Of a stretch of DNA of 64,000 bases, positions 48,461-62,164 are shown in pieces. The stretch's first letter is position 1. The number at the start of each line of letters is the position of its first letter. The stretch is from positions 18,848,001 to 18,912,000 of the forward strand of contig NC_045717.1 of assembly GCF_009834535.1 (NCBI RefSeq). The letters are read 5' to 3'. Source of the DNA: Camelus ferus. Its lineage: Eukaryota. Made by a program: the position numbers and the translations under genes. The notes below the pieces were generated by a model. The model had not been told where the DNA came from. It worked only from the letters and a program-made list of their open reading frames with translations, and searched no databases.

Positions 48461-48605
48461 GGGGAGGGTATAGTTCAGCGGTAGAGTGTGTGTTTAGCAT
48501 GCACAGGATCCTGAGTTCATTCCCCAGTACCTCCATGAAAAATAAATAAATAAAACCTATTACCTCCCCTTCCCCCACAAAAAGACAAAACAAACAAACA
48601 AAACC
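48461..48605 (+). mobile_element. vic-1-like SINE nested in a MER5A-like element
   Basis: A and B boxes plus tail; TSD-like CTC(G/A)CTGGGG on both sides. Confidence 0.85.
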
Positions 48606-50534
48606 CCCCAGCTCACTGGGGTCAGCCTATATTTGCAAAAAATTTGCAGACCATGCTGATGCTTCTGGTCCAGAAACCACAATTTTGAGAGCCACTGGAC
48701 TATGAGATTAGGACTAAGAGTATCCCCATGCTACTGATGTGGAAACAGAGTTGTGGCATAAGGTGCCCAAGGTCAGCTAGTAAATGGGGCTGGGCGTTGG
48801 AATTTGAACAGAGCCTCTGGGTCCAGAATCCATGTTCTGCAAGGGAAACTTTAAAAGGTNNNNNNNNNNNNNNNNNNNNNNNNNNNNNNNNNNNNNNNNN
48901 NNNNNNNNNNNNNNNNNNNNNNNNNNNNNNNNNNNNNNNNNNNNNNNNNNNNNNNNNNNNNNNNNNNNNNNNNNNNNNNNNNNNNNNNNNNNNNNNNNNN
49001 NNNNNNNNNNNNNNNNNNNNNNNNNGAATTTTAAAATAATTTGTAAGTGTTTATATAATATCATAAATAGAGAGAAACTGTTTTGTGCTGGGAAGTGTTT
49101 AACAATGGGCTCTCCAGGGGGAAAAAAAAGGCCCCGATTTGTAGCAGTTATAGGTTTCTGCCAATTTCAAGCTACCAACGTGATATCAGTGTGATGTCTC
49201 CAAATTCCTAAAAGTTAACAAATCAGTTCTCACAGGTTACTATAAACCTGCTCTAGGATGCCACCAGAATGTGAAAAACGTACATTTGCAATTTGTGCAA
49301 TTTAAATAATCATTATAAACAGGACACTCATGTCATCATCACCCAGATAGGAAGTAGGGTGGTGCCAGTACCACAGATGTCCTCCTTCCCTGGTCACAGT
49401 CCCTTCCTCCCTGCAGAAGTGACCATCTTGACTTTATCCATCATCAATTCCTTGCTTTTCATTACTTTTTTTTTCAAGAAAGTGAAGTGAGGGTTTATTA
49501 AGCAATAGTAAACTCTCAAGGGGAAAGCTCATTACAGTTTTAATACCAACATGTGCATCTCTGAAACAGATAACTGCATCTATTTCTTTTCTTTCTTTTT
49601 TTTTTCCATGCTGACAAACTTTTTATCAAAGTATGACACACATACCAAAAAGTGCCCAGATAGTAAGTGGATACCTAGAAGAATTTTCACAAACTGAACA
49701 CACTTCTGAATCCACCACTCAGGTCCAGAAAAAAAACATTCCCAGCCTCCACCCAGAGCAGGGGAATTAAGCTCCACCTCCTGGGAGGAGGGGTGTGGAA
49801 GAATTTGTGAACAGATGTTAAAACTATGCTAAGTGATAAATACTTTGAGTGAGACACTTTCAAGCTCTGCAAAGATTCTGTTTCCCTTTGAAGTTCCACC
49901 CACCAATTTTCACATTAATTGATGGATCGTGTGTGTAGAAATTCTTACTGTGCTGTTTGTTTATTAGTAATTTTCCATTTACCTCTCTCCTTTTACATTT
50001 GCTATTATTTATTATTTGGAATCTGCTATCAGGAAGAGTTGTTTCATCTCCACTTATTTATTTGTTCAATCATTTATACTAATATGGACTCATGAATACT
50101 TATTTTTATTCTTTGGGTTAAAATCCAGTGCTATTATTTATTTCATTGTCCAAATTGTTCCAACTTTGGCCATTGGGAGCGCTTTCCGTTGGCCCCTGCT
50201 CTAAGCATTTTATTTCAGGCACTGCTCTTTTGGCATAGCTTCATTTTTTTTTTTTTTTTTAAAGCACTTCCTCACTTTCTAGCACCACAAGATGTTCCAG
50301 GCTTATCTTGAATTTTCCCCGCCCCAGTCCTAGAATCAGCCATTCTCCCCAGGGAGACTGGGTTCACTTTATTGGAGAGTGACATTGAGAGGCCAAGACA
50401 TGAATGCCGACTCTGCTCGTTGCTACTGGGCGTGGGGGCTGATGTGGTTGCTTCTAAGCTCTCTCAATTGATAGTATTATTATTTTTTCAATATCGAGAT
50501 GAAATCCATATGAAATGAAATTAACCACTTAGAT

Positions 50535-51118
50535 GTTCCATATAAACGCATGTTCATAGTAGCACTAGTCACAATAGCCAAAAAGTGGAAACAGCCCAAG
50601 TGCCCATCAGCAGACGGATGGATACACAAAAGGTGGTCCATGCACACAATGGAATATCACTCACCATAAAAAGGAATGAAGCACTGACACACACTACCAT
50701 GTGGATGAACCTTGAAAACATTATGCTGAGTGAAAGAAGCCAGACGTAAAAGGTCCCATATTGTGTATAATTCCATTAATAGGAGATGTGCAGAGGAGGG
50801 AGGGAAATAGCTCATGCTTAGAATGCAGGAGGTCCTGGGTTCGATCCCCAGTACCTCCATTAAAAAGAAAAAAAGAAATATAGATGTACAGAACAGGTAA
50901 ACCCACAGAGATAAAAAGCAGACTGGTAGTTGCCAGGGGTTGGGAGGAGGGAGGAATGAAGAGTAATTGCTATCAGGTATGCCTCTGGGTGATGAAAACG
51001 TTTTGGAACTAGGTAGAGGTGGTTGTTGCACAACATTATGAAAATACTAAACGCCACTGAATGGTTCACTTTAACACGGTTCATTTTATGTTATGTCAAT
51101 TTCATCTCAACTTAAAAA
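50535..51118 (+). mobile_element. L1MB-like 3' fragment (split by a SINE)
   Basis: CACAATAGCCAAAAAGTGGAAACAGCCCAAGTGCCCATC...GGATGAACCTTGAAAACATTATGCTGAGTGAAAGAAGCCAGAC. Confidence 0.8.
50795..50878 (+). mobile_element. vic-1-like SINE (internal deletion) nested in L1
   Basis: TAGCTCATGCTTAG...GGTCCTGGGTTCGATCCCCAGTACCTCCATTAAAA. Confidence 0.8.
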
Positions 51119-51837
51119 CACAACACTAAGGGCTCTGATGATGGGCAGAGCTGGTTCGAATCCCATTTCTGCCTTGTTCCTGCTGTGTGGCCTTGAGCAA
51201 GTCACTTAACCTCTCTGTGCCTTGGTTTCCTCACCTGTAAAACAGGGAGGATTCAATGAGTGCATCAAATTCTTAAAACAGTCAGTAGCATGCAGGAAGT
51301 GCTGCTTAATTAAATGTTACCTCTACTTGATGCATTCCCTTTGGATTCGAACTTTATTCCTTTGTCCTTTTCTTCATGACAAATGCCTGGCCTTGGTTGC
51401 CCCCTGAGGTGTCTCAGGCCAAGGGCAATGCTCCAGAAGGCAGGAATCATATCTGATTGTTCTGCTTCGAAAGGGCTGATGAATAATACGCTCCCCTTCT
51501 CTGCCTCTTCTCCCAGCGACTCTCAAGGGACGCACCCTTCTGCCCTTTTCTCCCTGATCTTGGCCAAGGGGCTGCCAAAGAACAAACACACCAGGAAATA
51601 TCTGCTGCCTGATTGTTTGAGTTTAACCAATTGTTCCAGAACCAGAAGCTTATTTTGCGCTTCACACGTGAATCAGTTTTGAGCCCAACACAGCTTCCTG
51701 TGTGACCTTGAGCAAGATGTTACACCTTTCTGAATTCATTAGTAAGATGGCGATAATAAATGATCTATTTCACAGGGCTATTGAAGGACTTGGGTGAATT
51801 TACCTCAAGGGCTTAGTACCGAGCATAGCACAGTCAG

Positions 51838-52291
51838 TGCAGTGGGTTGAATGGTTACCTGCAGAAAGATATATCCACATCCTAATCCCCCAAGACCTGT
51901 GAACGTGATCGTATTTGGATTAAAAAAAAAAAAAAAACAACGGTCTTTGAAGATGTAATTAAGGGTTTTAAAATGAGATCATCCTGGATTATCTGGGTGG
52001 GCTCTAAATCCAATGACAAGTGTTAAAGACACAGACAGAAGAGATAAGGCCCTGCGAAGACAGAAGCAGAGATTGGAGTGCTGCAGCCAAAAGGGCCAGG
52101 TCATGCCAGGAGCCACCAGAATCTGCAAGAGACAAGGAAGGATCCTCCCCTAGAGCTTTCGGAGGGAGTCAGGGCTCTGCTGACACCTTGATTTCGGACT
52201 TGCAGCCTCCAGAACTATGAGAGAATACACTTCCATTGCTGTAAGCCACTCAGTTGTGGCGAAAGGTTACAGCAGTTGTGGGAAACTAACA
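51838..52291 (+). mobile_element. MLT1 (B/C/D-like) solo LTR, near full length
   Basis: TGCAGTGGGTTGAATGG...CATCCTAATCCCC...GAGATCATCCTGGATTATCTGGGTGGG...GCCTCCAGAACTATGAGAGAATA...GTTACAGCAG...GGAAACTAACA. Confidence 0.8.
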
Positions 52292-52624
52292 CATACGAAT
52301 TCAGAAATGTTATCTGCTACCAATATCATTATTGTTATCATCATTGTTATTATGGTCCGAGCATAAAAATGCACCCAAATCTTACAAATCCTAAGTAAAG
52401 TAATTCTTCAAATGTCTTAACTAATTTTACTTTTGAATAGCTAGTACATTCATGTGCTTCAAAAAACAAAAATCTTAAGGTTTACGCTACAGTATCTCCC
52501 TCCCAAGTCTGTTTCCTTCCTCTCTGTCCCCTTGGTAACCCAGCACTCTTGCTTTCCAGAATTTCTGTGCACGTATACAAACAAATATGAATACTAGTTC
52601 TTATCCGTCCCCACACCTGCTTTT

Positions 52625-53720
52625 ACATTAAAGGTAGCATTAAAAAGTTTTTTCTTTTTAATGTGGTAAATTATATATAAANNNNNNNNNNNNNNNNNNN
52701 NNNNNNNNNNNNNNNNNNNNNNNNNNNNNNNNNNNNNNNNNNNNNNNNNNNNNNNNNNNNNNNNNNNNNNNNNNNNNNNNNNNNNNNNNNNNNNNNNNNN
52801 NNNNNNNNNNNNNNNNNNNNNNACAGATTCCTCTTTTCCCCAACTCCTGGTAACCACCATTCTACTTCTTGTCTCTGTTAATTTGCTTATTCTTTACGTT
52901 GTAAAGTGGAACCACACAGTATTTGCCCTTGTGTGTCTGACTTCTTGGATTTAGCACGAGGCTTCATGGTTTACCACATGGTAGAATGTGTCAGGATTTC
53001 AGTTCAAGTGGCATGTTTTACAAATTCTTCTATGCCTTCCTCCCCCGCCCCTCTACTTAACAACAAATGCTGGAGATCTCCCCTTTGCGAAGCTCTCTTT
53101 ATGCATCCTTGTCATTTTTCTACAGCCACGTCGTATTTTGCTGTATAGATGCCCCATAATTAATTTCACTGCCAGAGACAGACATTTTGTCATCCATTTG
53201 TTCTTAGGTTAACACCACAATGAAGAACTTGGCTCAAATGTCATTTCACACGTGTGCAAGTGTATCTGTAGGTAAATTCCACAAAGTGAGATTTCTGGCT
53301 TGAAGATTATGTGCATTTGTAATTTTTTTGCCAAATCTCCCTCCTTGAGGGTACGATTAATTCACACCCCCTCCAGCAATGGATGAGAGGTCCTGTTTCC
53401 CTTCAGCTTCACCAACAGAGTGTTAACCAAACGTTGGATGTTTGCCAACAGGACAGGTGAAAAAACTGTATCTCAGAGTAGAGAAAATTTCCCTTATCAC
53501 CACTGAGGGGGAACATATTTCCATGTGTTTAAGACTATTTATAGTTTTCTCTTTCCTGTCTGGTCAATGTCCTTGCCCATTATTCCTTTGGCTTGTTGAT
53601 CTTTTTCTTTCTGATCTCTAGGAGTTCTTTATATATTAAGGAGATTTACCATATGGTTATGAAATGAGTAGTAAATACATTGTCATTTCTCCAAACTTTT
53701 AAATCAATGACCAGTAACAC
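52625..53720 (-). mobile_element. Old L1M fragments in reverse orientation
   Basis: CCTGGTAACCACCATTCTACTT...GTGTGTCTGACTTCTT...CCATTTGTTCTT...ATATTTCCATGTGTTTA. Confidence 0.55.
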
Positions 53721-54230
53721 TTATTGAGGATTTGCTACATGCCTGGCTTTGTCCTAGGTGCTTTAAACACACCATTTCTTTTCAACCTTACTGACAGCAT
53801 TTTTTATCTCTAAAGACTATAACACACATCTCTGAAAAATAAGGTTATCTTCCTACATAATGTACTGCCATTTTCACACCTAACAAAACATACAATCATT
53901 CTTCAGTATCATCTTACACCAAAGCAGATATTCAAATTCCCCTGAGTTTCATGTAGATATGCTTGTGTCCCAAGCATTTTCTCAAAAAGCTCAAGTATTT
54001 AGGGGATCACCTCTCTTTGTTTTGAGTTTTAAATCTCAATCCATTCTTTTCTTTTACAAATCTTCCTTTCAGTGTGATGGTACAGTGCCTCCAGCAATAG
54101 CTTTCCAAGATTGTCTTGGTCCATCAAAATCCTGCTTCCAATATATTTTCCCAAACCTGTTTGAGCACATGTCCCCTGACATTAGATTCCATTAGATCCA
54201 TGGATATAGCTGCATAGTGTTTATATGCCA

Positions 54231-54312
54231 TATATATATTTATAAATATAAATTTATATATATTTATAAATATAAATTTATATATATAAATATATTTATT
54301 TATTTATTTATT
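54231..54312. repeat. AT-only tract with a perfect 24-bp tandem duplication
   Basis: TATATATTTATAAATATAAATTTA at 54233-54256 and 54257-54280. Confidence 0.9.
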
Positions 54313-54936
54313 TAATCCTATTGTGAATATAGTTTGAAAAGTTAGAAGAACCAGCCTGCTAATCATTCACTACAACTCATGTATAATAAGCAGAAATGTA
54401 TGATGAATTCCCAGCAAAATAGAAGGACATCTTGCTTGGATTTCAGTGCACCAAGTGTCAGATTCTTATTTCATTACATCCACATTAGTAGATGGTTCTT
54501 AATTTAATTTTTTTCTCTCCCTTTGGGCAGAATTCCATGGAGACCTCTCAACCTTGACACCTGGGTCAGGAGCAAGGCTAGCTTATTTTAAAATGCTGTT
54601 GTGTCTGAGTTTCACCCCATCAGCATCCTATTTTTTAAGAGCTACTTTGTTGCCTTCACCATTGGCTTAGTATTCTGTATTACGCAGGCTTCTTACTGCA
54701 TCTTTCTAGTCCCCTAGGGATGGACGCCTACACTGCCTCCAATTTCCTGCGTCAATGAGTATTCTTATCTGGGGCAAAACTTTCAGTGACTATAAAATGT
54801 GGAACAGAATTCCAAAGGTCTCTGAATCTAACAGCAACCCAATAACTGGCTTAAACAAGAGAGAATGTTTGTCTCTGCTGGCAGACAGCCTGAGGACCCT
54901 GGGTCCTTCTGTCAGTTGCTCCACCATCCTCTAGAG

Positions 54937-55115
54937 CAGTATTTCCAAGGACAGTTGCCGTGTCTGGAGATACCTTTGGTTGTCACACCTGCTGGCAGGG
55001 GGATGCTACTGGCATGTAGTGAGTGGTAGCCAGAGATGCGGCTCAGTACTCTACAGTGCACAGCACAGCCCTCTGTGACAGAGAACAATTTGGCCCCATA
55101 TGTCAATGATGTCAC
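54937..55115. mobile_element. MER20-like hAT fragment
   Basis: GTCTGGAGATACCTTTGGTTGTCAC...GATGCTACTGGCATGTAGTGAGT...CTACAGTGCACAG. Confidence 0.65.
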
Positions 55116-56419
55116 CTGCCCTAGAATAGTCCCCACTTCCTTTCATGACCGACTTGTTAAAGAGACTGGGACAGTTGTTCTGTAGCACACTCCACCCTCG
55201 GGGTTTGTCAGTTGCTTCCTGATGTCCTTTAACTTGTTCCTCTACCCTTGCTGTTTCCTGTAAACTGGACGTTAGGTTGAGAGACTTGATCAGTGTCAGG
55301 TTCAACATTTTGGCAAGAGATGTCCTAGGGAAAGCTGTGACCTTCCTTTGGTATCATATCAGGAGACCCGAGGTTCCCTCTATTGTGCTGCTGAGCTTCA
55401 CTGCAGCTGACACTGGTGACAGTCTGGCCCCTGTGGTAAAGTCTGTGCCCCTACACCCAGCGAACACTCTGGTGCCCTGTGCATACCTTGCTCCCCACCT
55501 GATGTTTTGTAACACCCATTGATGATCACTGCCTAAATTAGTTATTTCACTGACTTTTGCAAAATGGTGATTTTTCTAATTCTCTCATTCCTGCCACATT
55601 TTTTAGCTGGCATTATTGGGCTGTTTGGTGACCATGAAAATCTACCACAGGGAAGGCAAGATCATGCTTAATTTCTTACTTTTAATTACCAACGTTTCCA
55701 GAAAGGAATCGGTTGAGAGCTACTTACAATGGGTTCATAAATGTGTTTGTGTGTGTATGTGTGTTGTAACTTTCAAACTGAAGTATAACATACAAAATAG
55801 TGCACAGATCTTAGCGAGTTCAGGGAATTTTTACATCCATATACCTGTGCTACCACCACCAGATAAAAATACAGACCATTTCTAGCCCCACACTCCCTTC
55901 CCTGCCTTTAAGTTCTGTAATGAATAATTTTGTTTGAAGGAATGATTTCCAGGCTTGCTTGTACCCATCTTGGGGTTCAAGGACTTCAGGAAGGTGGGGA
56001 AATGGATGGCCAATAAAAATAGGGCTCCAGGCCTCCTCCCCAACCAACATGGCTGGCCCTGGGACCCAACCTGTCTCGCAGGAGCAGGTGCAGGGGCTGA
56101 GTGACTTGAATTGCCAGTTGAGATTTAAACCAGGCGCCTCCTGCCTGGAAGTCTCATTTATTTTCGGGGCTCAGCTAGAATATCGAGGCAGATGGAACTA
56201 CTGCTGCTTCTTGTCTACCATCGAGGGTCACACTCTGGGGCAGCAAAGCATACTGGAAAGTCCCAGGAAAGGAAACAGACTGTCTAGGTTCTGTCTGCAT
56301 GATCCTGGAGGAGCTACTTCCCCTTCTGAGACTTTTGTCTACTTACCTGTCAAGTTAGGGGGAATATTCCACATTGCTGGGTTCTTGGGAGGATTTCTGC
56401 AGTCATGACTACCTTTACA

Positions 56420-56521
56420 TTTCTTTCTTTCTTTCTTTTTTCCAATGGAGGTACTGGGGACTGAACCTGGGACCTCGCACAAACATGCTAAGCATATGCT
56501 CTATGCTCTGTAGAGCCACCC
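56420..56521 (-). mobile_element. vic-1-like SINE
   Basis: TSD-like CTAC(C/T)TTTACATTTCT on both flanks. Confidence 0.8.
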
Positions 56522-57299
56522 TCTACTTTTACATTTCTGAGCTCACCTCCTGGCACTTTCCTCTTTGCTCATTCCACCCCAGCCAGCTGTTTTTCCTGTC
56601 CCCAGGCCTTTTGAATGACCCCTCCTCAAGTTACACAACCAACAATGTTCTCTCACCATTACGGTACAGACTCTAACGTTGCTCTCACAGTCCTTATGAA
56701 CCTTAAATATTAATCTCGCTGCTTATGTCTCTTATTGTAGTAGAATGCAGAGTCTCAGGACTTGTCTTTCTTCATTTTTACACCCAGGGTATGGCATGAA
56801 GGAAGTGTAATGTTGATTGAATGGAGGCAACAGGAGCTCAGAGAGGGCGAGCCACTTTCTCACTGTCACACAGTGGAATTTGAATTATAAATGCAGGCTG
56901 AGTCTTCCCTTTCATTTTCCTCCCTCTTTTGTCTCGGGTGAGGATTAGGGCACAATTTAAGGGGTGTCAAAAAACTCAGTCACCAAGAAAATATTTTTTA
57001 AAATTAAAAATTAAAGCAAAAAAAAAAAAAAAAAGACCTGACCCGCACTTGCATGACTCACCTCATTCTGTCAGTCCTGGCAGATCCTGTTTTTATTTAA
57101 AATTTTGCTATTTTGTTCACCATGGGTTTATTTTTTCCCTATTAAATTTGATATTTTAAAATATTGCATTAGAATATTATCTTGATTGAGTTTTTGCACC
57201 CGAGACGCTCACCGTAGTGTAGGCCCCGCTTCTATCTCTTCTCCTCCCCTAGAAAAACTGAGGTACGGAGGACTGGGGGTAGGAATAGGGGATTGGTGC

Positions 57300-58950
57300 G
57301 GAGCCCTGTTGAGCGGCACAAGCTGCCCCGGGAGGGGCCAGGAGCTGACCTTTATTTATCGCCCGTGGTAGAAGCAGCTAATTAAGTCCCCCGCCTGCGC
57401 GAGACCTTTCCCAGGGCGGCCCGCGCCTCCTGCGGGGCCGAGATAGCCGCGGCCGCCCGAGCAGCGGTGACCTTTCCGAGCCTAATGGGGCGGGGAGGCG
57501 GGAGAGCGAGGACGATTGCGCTTTCGGCCGGGTCTAGGCAGAAGCTGTGGCGGAGGCGTCGCTCTGGGGCTGAGCCCCGGGATGGAACTCTGTCTCGGCT
57601 CCGCACGTCCATCCTACCAGCATAGGACAACATGGGGAGGGAAAGAGGGCCGGTGATGTCATCGAGCCCCGAGCCGGCCTCCGCCGCTGCCGTCACAGAC
57701 GAGCAGCACTGCGTCACCGCATTCTTTCGTGACGTCAGCGCACGAGGCCAAGAAGTGGTCCACCAGGAAAGGGAGAAGTCTGAAGGAGAGATCGTTTCTC
57801 GCTCTTTATATTTGGTGAGGCGTTTAAAGTACGCAAGGAACGGACTACCACTCCCAGCTGGCTGTGCGTGCCGCGCAAGCACACGGCCTCCAGCGAGCGA
57901 GCGCGGCAAACCTTGGAATAGATTGACGTCCCTTTAGTCGAACCAGAAGGTAGATTTTACAGCCGCAAACCAATCCCGACCTCACAGACCCCACCCCTTT
58001 ATTCTTAGCCCTCTGCTTCCTTGAGGGAGTGACGGGCTCGGATGCCTTTGAGGGTTCAGTTTCCTTTGATGGACAGTCATACTGATGAATCAGAACGCCG
58101 GAAAGTCGAGAGGACGTTGAAAAGCGTGCCTCGGAGCCAATAACTTAGCGGCAGGGCCAGGCGCCGTCCAGTAATTTTTCCCGGCGCCTCCAATCACCCT
58201 GGACCCCGCCCCGGNNNNNNNNNNNNNNNNNNNNNNNNNNNNNNNNNNNNNNNNNNNNNNNNNNNNNNNNNNNNNNNNNNNNNNNNNNNNNNNNNNNNNN
58301 NNNNNNNNNNNNNNNNNNNNNNNNNNNNNNNNNNNNNNNNNNNNNNNNNNNNNNNNNNNNNNNNNNNNNNCGGGGACCCCGGCACGTTCTGTCCCCCTCC
58401 CAACATCGCCTCCGAGACCTCTGGAAAGCCCTTCCGCGGACAGAAGTGGGGAGAAGCCGAGGTAACTGGGGCGGCCCTAGGGTGGCGGGCCGGGCCGAGG
58501 AGGGCGGCGGGGCCCGGGCGGCGGGTGTCGCTGTAATCATAGTCTTGGGGGAAGGGGCGGGCAGTCAAAATGGCGGCGGCGACTGTCGGGGCCATGGGGG
58601 ATGGGGCCGGGGCCCGGCTGGGGCGACACCACCCGCCCCCGGGCCCCGCGGCCCGGCCCCCGCGAGGGGCGGGCGCTCGCAGGCCGGCAGCTAGTGGAGG
58701 GCGGCCGGCCGGGGTGGGGGGCTTTTATATGTCGGGAGGTGCGGAGGGGCGGGACTGGGAATGCTGGGCCAATGGGAGAGAGGGGGTAGCGAGGCGGGAC
58801 CGAGGTGGGTGGGCGGGGCCAGGCCGCAAGGTGTGGGCGGGGCCGGCCGGTGCCCCGGGAACCGGGTGGGGCAGCTGCCGCCTAGGCCTTCCGGCTCCTC
58901 TAGGCAATGGGAGGCCACCTGTGCCGCGTCCCTTTAGAACCCGCCAGGAC
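57300..58950 (+). promoter_or_regulatory. RFX1: CpG island, probable RFX1 promoter and non-coding exon 1 (candidate donor GAG|GTAACT at 58461/58462)
   Basis: Identity rests on synteny only; no RFX1 coding sequence is in the window. Motifs: CCAAT boxes (~57970, 58137, 58191, 58769), full CRE TGACGTCA (57730-57737), YY1-type CAAAATGGCGGC (58566-58577) and GC boxes. Confidence 0.65.
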
Positions 58951-61857
58951 TGAGTGCCTGCCACATCTGAGGCCTCAGTTTTCCATCCTGTAGAGTGGGG
59001 AGAATTATTGCCATAGCCTCTTTTCTGCATTTCAGGGATTCCTAATTCCTTTCAGGAATTTCTCAAGGGTTCGTCCTTGAACTTTTTACTCCTATCTACT
59101 GTTTCTGAATGCTTTTTTTTTTTAAATAGATTGACTGTTAATGTTAATTTTAACATTGCTGTCTGCTCCTAAATCTACCTTCTTTCTGAGAGGAGGTGAA
59201 GGTAGACAGTTACATGAAGCTGTGGGCTAGGGTGTATTGCTTTAGTCTGGACGATTTGATTTGCAGAAAGGGAAGCCTGTGGCAGGAGTATCTTGGATGC
59301 CTGAGTTAGAGGAACAGAAACTTGATCGCTTCTCTGTGGGCAGCTCTAAGATCTAAGATCTCCTGTTGTCCCTCGGCAGGGGGCTTGTTCCTGGAGATGG
59401 GACCATTCCTAACTGTATTGCCCATCCTAGTCTTCCTTTCTGAGAATGGGAAGTAAATGGTGCTCGAGGAAGTTTCTTAAGCTGCTTCTCTTGGCCAGAC
59501 ACATGTTTTTGTGTCAATCAAGTTGGTGTCAAGTGGGTCACATGTCACTGAGGAGGTACCAGCTTCCAGAGCCACGTGGGCGGAGAGCGGGACACTGAGG
59601 TCAGAGGAAAGGGGAATTTCTCCATGTTGGTTAGAAGAGTCTGAGTGACTGCTTTGCCAGGTGACAAGATCTGCCAGCTTGGGGAAGAATTTTTTTTTTA
59701 AATAGGCAGCCAGGCCAAGTTCACTTTGCTTATTCTCTGTCTTGCTTTGGAGCTTGGTGCTTGGTATTAACAGAGCCAAGTGCAAACTGCAGCTTTTTTC
59801 TTTTAAAATCAATCAATACACTTCAAGGAGAACGAACATTTTGGGTTCTCACAAAGCTTTCCCCCAAAAATTTGAGATAAGGCTGGGAGATGTCACTTCT
59901 CCAGGGACTTTTCCCAGGCCCCTTTGTGAGGTGGTTAGGACCCCTTGAAAGTTAGGAAGAGTTGAGATTAATTTTCAGTAAAGATCTAGAAATAACCAAG
60001 TTGCCAGATCATTGGCATCTATTAGAAAGGGGAACTCTGAGCAGAAAGTGATGTTACCCGTGACCTAGTCCTGTTTACTGCCCTTCCCACCCCACTATAT
60101 CTTATGCATTTGAAGGGCCCAAGCCCAGAGAGGTCATTTGACTACAGAAGGGAACACTGGCTTTGGTCGCTTGTCCTTGAGACAATCAACTGCTTTTTAG
60201 CTGTATGCTCTTGGGCAAGTAACTTAACTTCTCTGGGCCTGTGTTTTCTCCCATCTAAGCTAGCTGCAGTGCTCACTGGTAATGATTTTAATCTTATATT
60301 ACTGTGCTGTGGATCCCATAAAGGAATACATGTTGAGCATAAGATACATAGTAATTGCTCAAAGTATGTTGGCTGCTACTGTTATTATGATGATTGTTGC
60401 TTCCTGTTCAGCCCTTACAATTACACCATTCACATTTATTTTTATCATTTTGCATCGAGCGAGAGCCTAGTGGCTTTAAAGCTTGACTCACTTGTTGGGC
60501 TGTGTGGGACGATGACAGGGATCCCAGGAGTTTATAGTGAGAAAGTGTCACTCTTCTAAGGTCCTCCTCCAGCTTTAGGAGAGTAGCCAGAAAGAAAATT
60601 GGGCTCAGACTCAACCTTCCGGGAGGCAGCTGGATGAGCTGGGGGGTGTGGGTGTTGTGGGAAAAGTAGGGACCTGGGAAAGGTGTCTCTGGAGCTGAGG
60701 GTCTCACCTTCCCCTCCTGCCACCCACCCCAGCATCTTGGGGCAGAAGACAGGGGATGGGCCAGGCAGACTCTCCCCAGGGACACGGCCTCCAGACAGCA
60801 ACTACACAGTGCGGTCTTCCTGGCCTAAGGGGCCTCTTCTGGACCAGGAGGCATCACCTGCCCCTGTACCACAAGCTTGCTACTGGCAGGAAGTAGTAGC
60901 TTTTTCTCAAGGTCTTACCAGTCGGTAGATTCGAACTGGCTTTTGACACTCACTAGCAGGGTGTTCCCAGCATTACAGACACTTATTTAACGTTAAAAGT
61001 TAAGTCCCCACTGTATGCCTGTCAGTGTTCTGGTACCTGAGGTTAGAGTGATGGGCAAGGCAGTCCAGATCTCCAACCTTGGGGAGCTTACCTTTCTGGT
61101 CATGGAGGGAAGAGGAAAATAAACAAACAAACAGGATACAGGGCCAGGGAGAAAATAAAACAGGAATATGTACTCCAGAGTACATGGAAGGGGGATGCTT
61201 GAGGCCTGAGAAGGTGACATATAAGCTGAGACATGAGTGATTAGAAGGAGCCAGTGGTACAGGTGAGGAGAGCATGTGAGTAGGCAGAAGAGCTGGTGCA
61301 AAGGTCCTGAGGCAGGAGGAGGTCTGGAGCATTTGGGAAGGAGAGACGGTGTTGCTAGAGCACAACCAGAGTGAGAAAGGGGACTGGAGGGGCCAGATCC
61401 CATGGGACCCTGCAGGTCATGGGGAGGGCTCTGAATTTTATTTATTCAATGTGATGGGGAGCCTTAGAGCCTTCTGAATAGAGGAGTGGCATGATGGAGT
61501 TTGTGTTTTCAAAGGATCATATAGATCATATAGAGGCAAGAGTGAAGCTGGGAGCTAGTGATGAGGCTGTTGCAGGGGGCCCGTGCAGGAGATTATGGTA
61601 GCCCAGACTAGCACGGCGCTGATGAAGATGGAGGGATATGCCCCGGCCTTAGGATTTACTTTGGATGAATTATTGACAAGCCTTAAAAACTAACTGGATA
61701 TAGAGAATGAAGGAATCTCACATCATTATATTTAATTTCCTCATTCTCTGGAAAGTTCATTTTTGAAGCCATTCTACAGGTGAGGAAAGTGAGATTTTCC
61801 TTCCATTTCCTTGGGAGGGCCTTGTGTGTAAACCGTTTGGTTAAGGATCTGGCATCC

Positions 61858-62164
61858 AAAACAAGTCAGCAAACTACAGCCTCCACCTGCTTTTTATGGC
61901 CTGTGAGCGGAGAATGATTTCTACATTTTTGAGGGGTATTTTGTGATGTGAATAATATATGATGGTATGTGAAAATTATATAAAATTCAAATCTCAGTGT
62001 CTAAAAATAAACTTTTATTGACACACAGCCACTCACTTGTTTACATATTGTCTATGACTGCTTTCCCACTTCAGTGGCAGAGTTGAGTCATTGCAATGGA
62101 CTGTCTGTCCACAAAGCCAAAAATCTTGACTCTCTGATCCTTCACAGAAATTTGCCAGCCCCTG
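61858..62164. mobile_element. MER58-like hAT element
   Basis: GTCAGCAAACTACAGCC...AAAATAAACTTTTATTG...TTTACATATTGTCTATG...GGCAGAGTTGAGT...TTTGCCAGCCCCTG. Confidence 0.65.

Noticed and set aside
57382-57937. 175-aa (minus) and 101-aa (plus) ORFs in the RFX1-side CpG island
   Set aside because: No recognisable domain; typical GC-rich chance ORFs.
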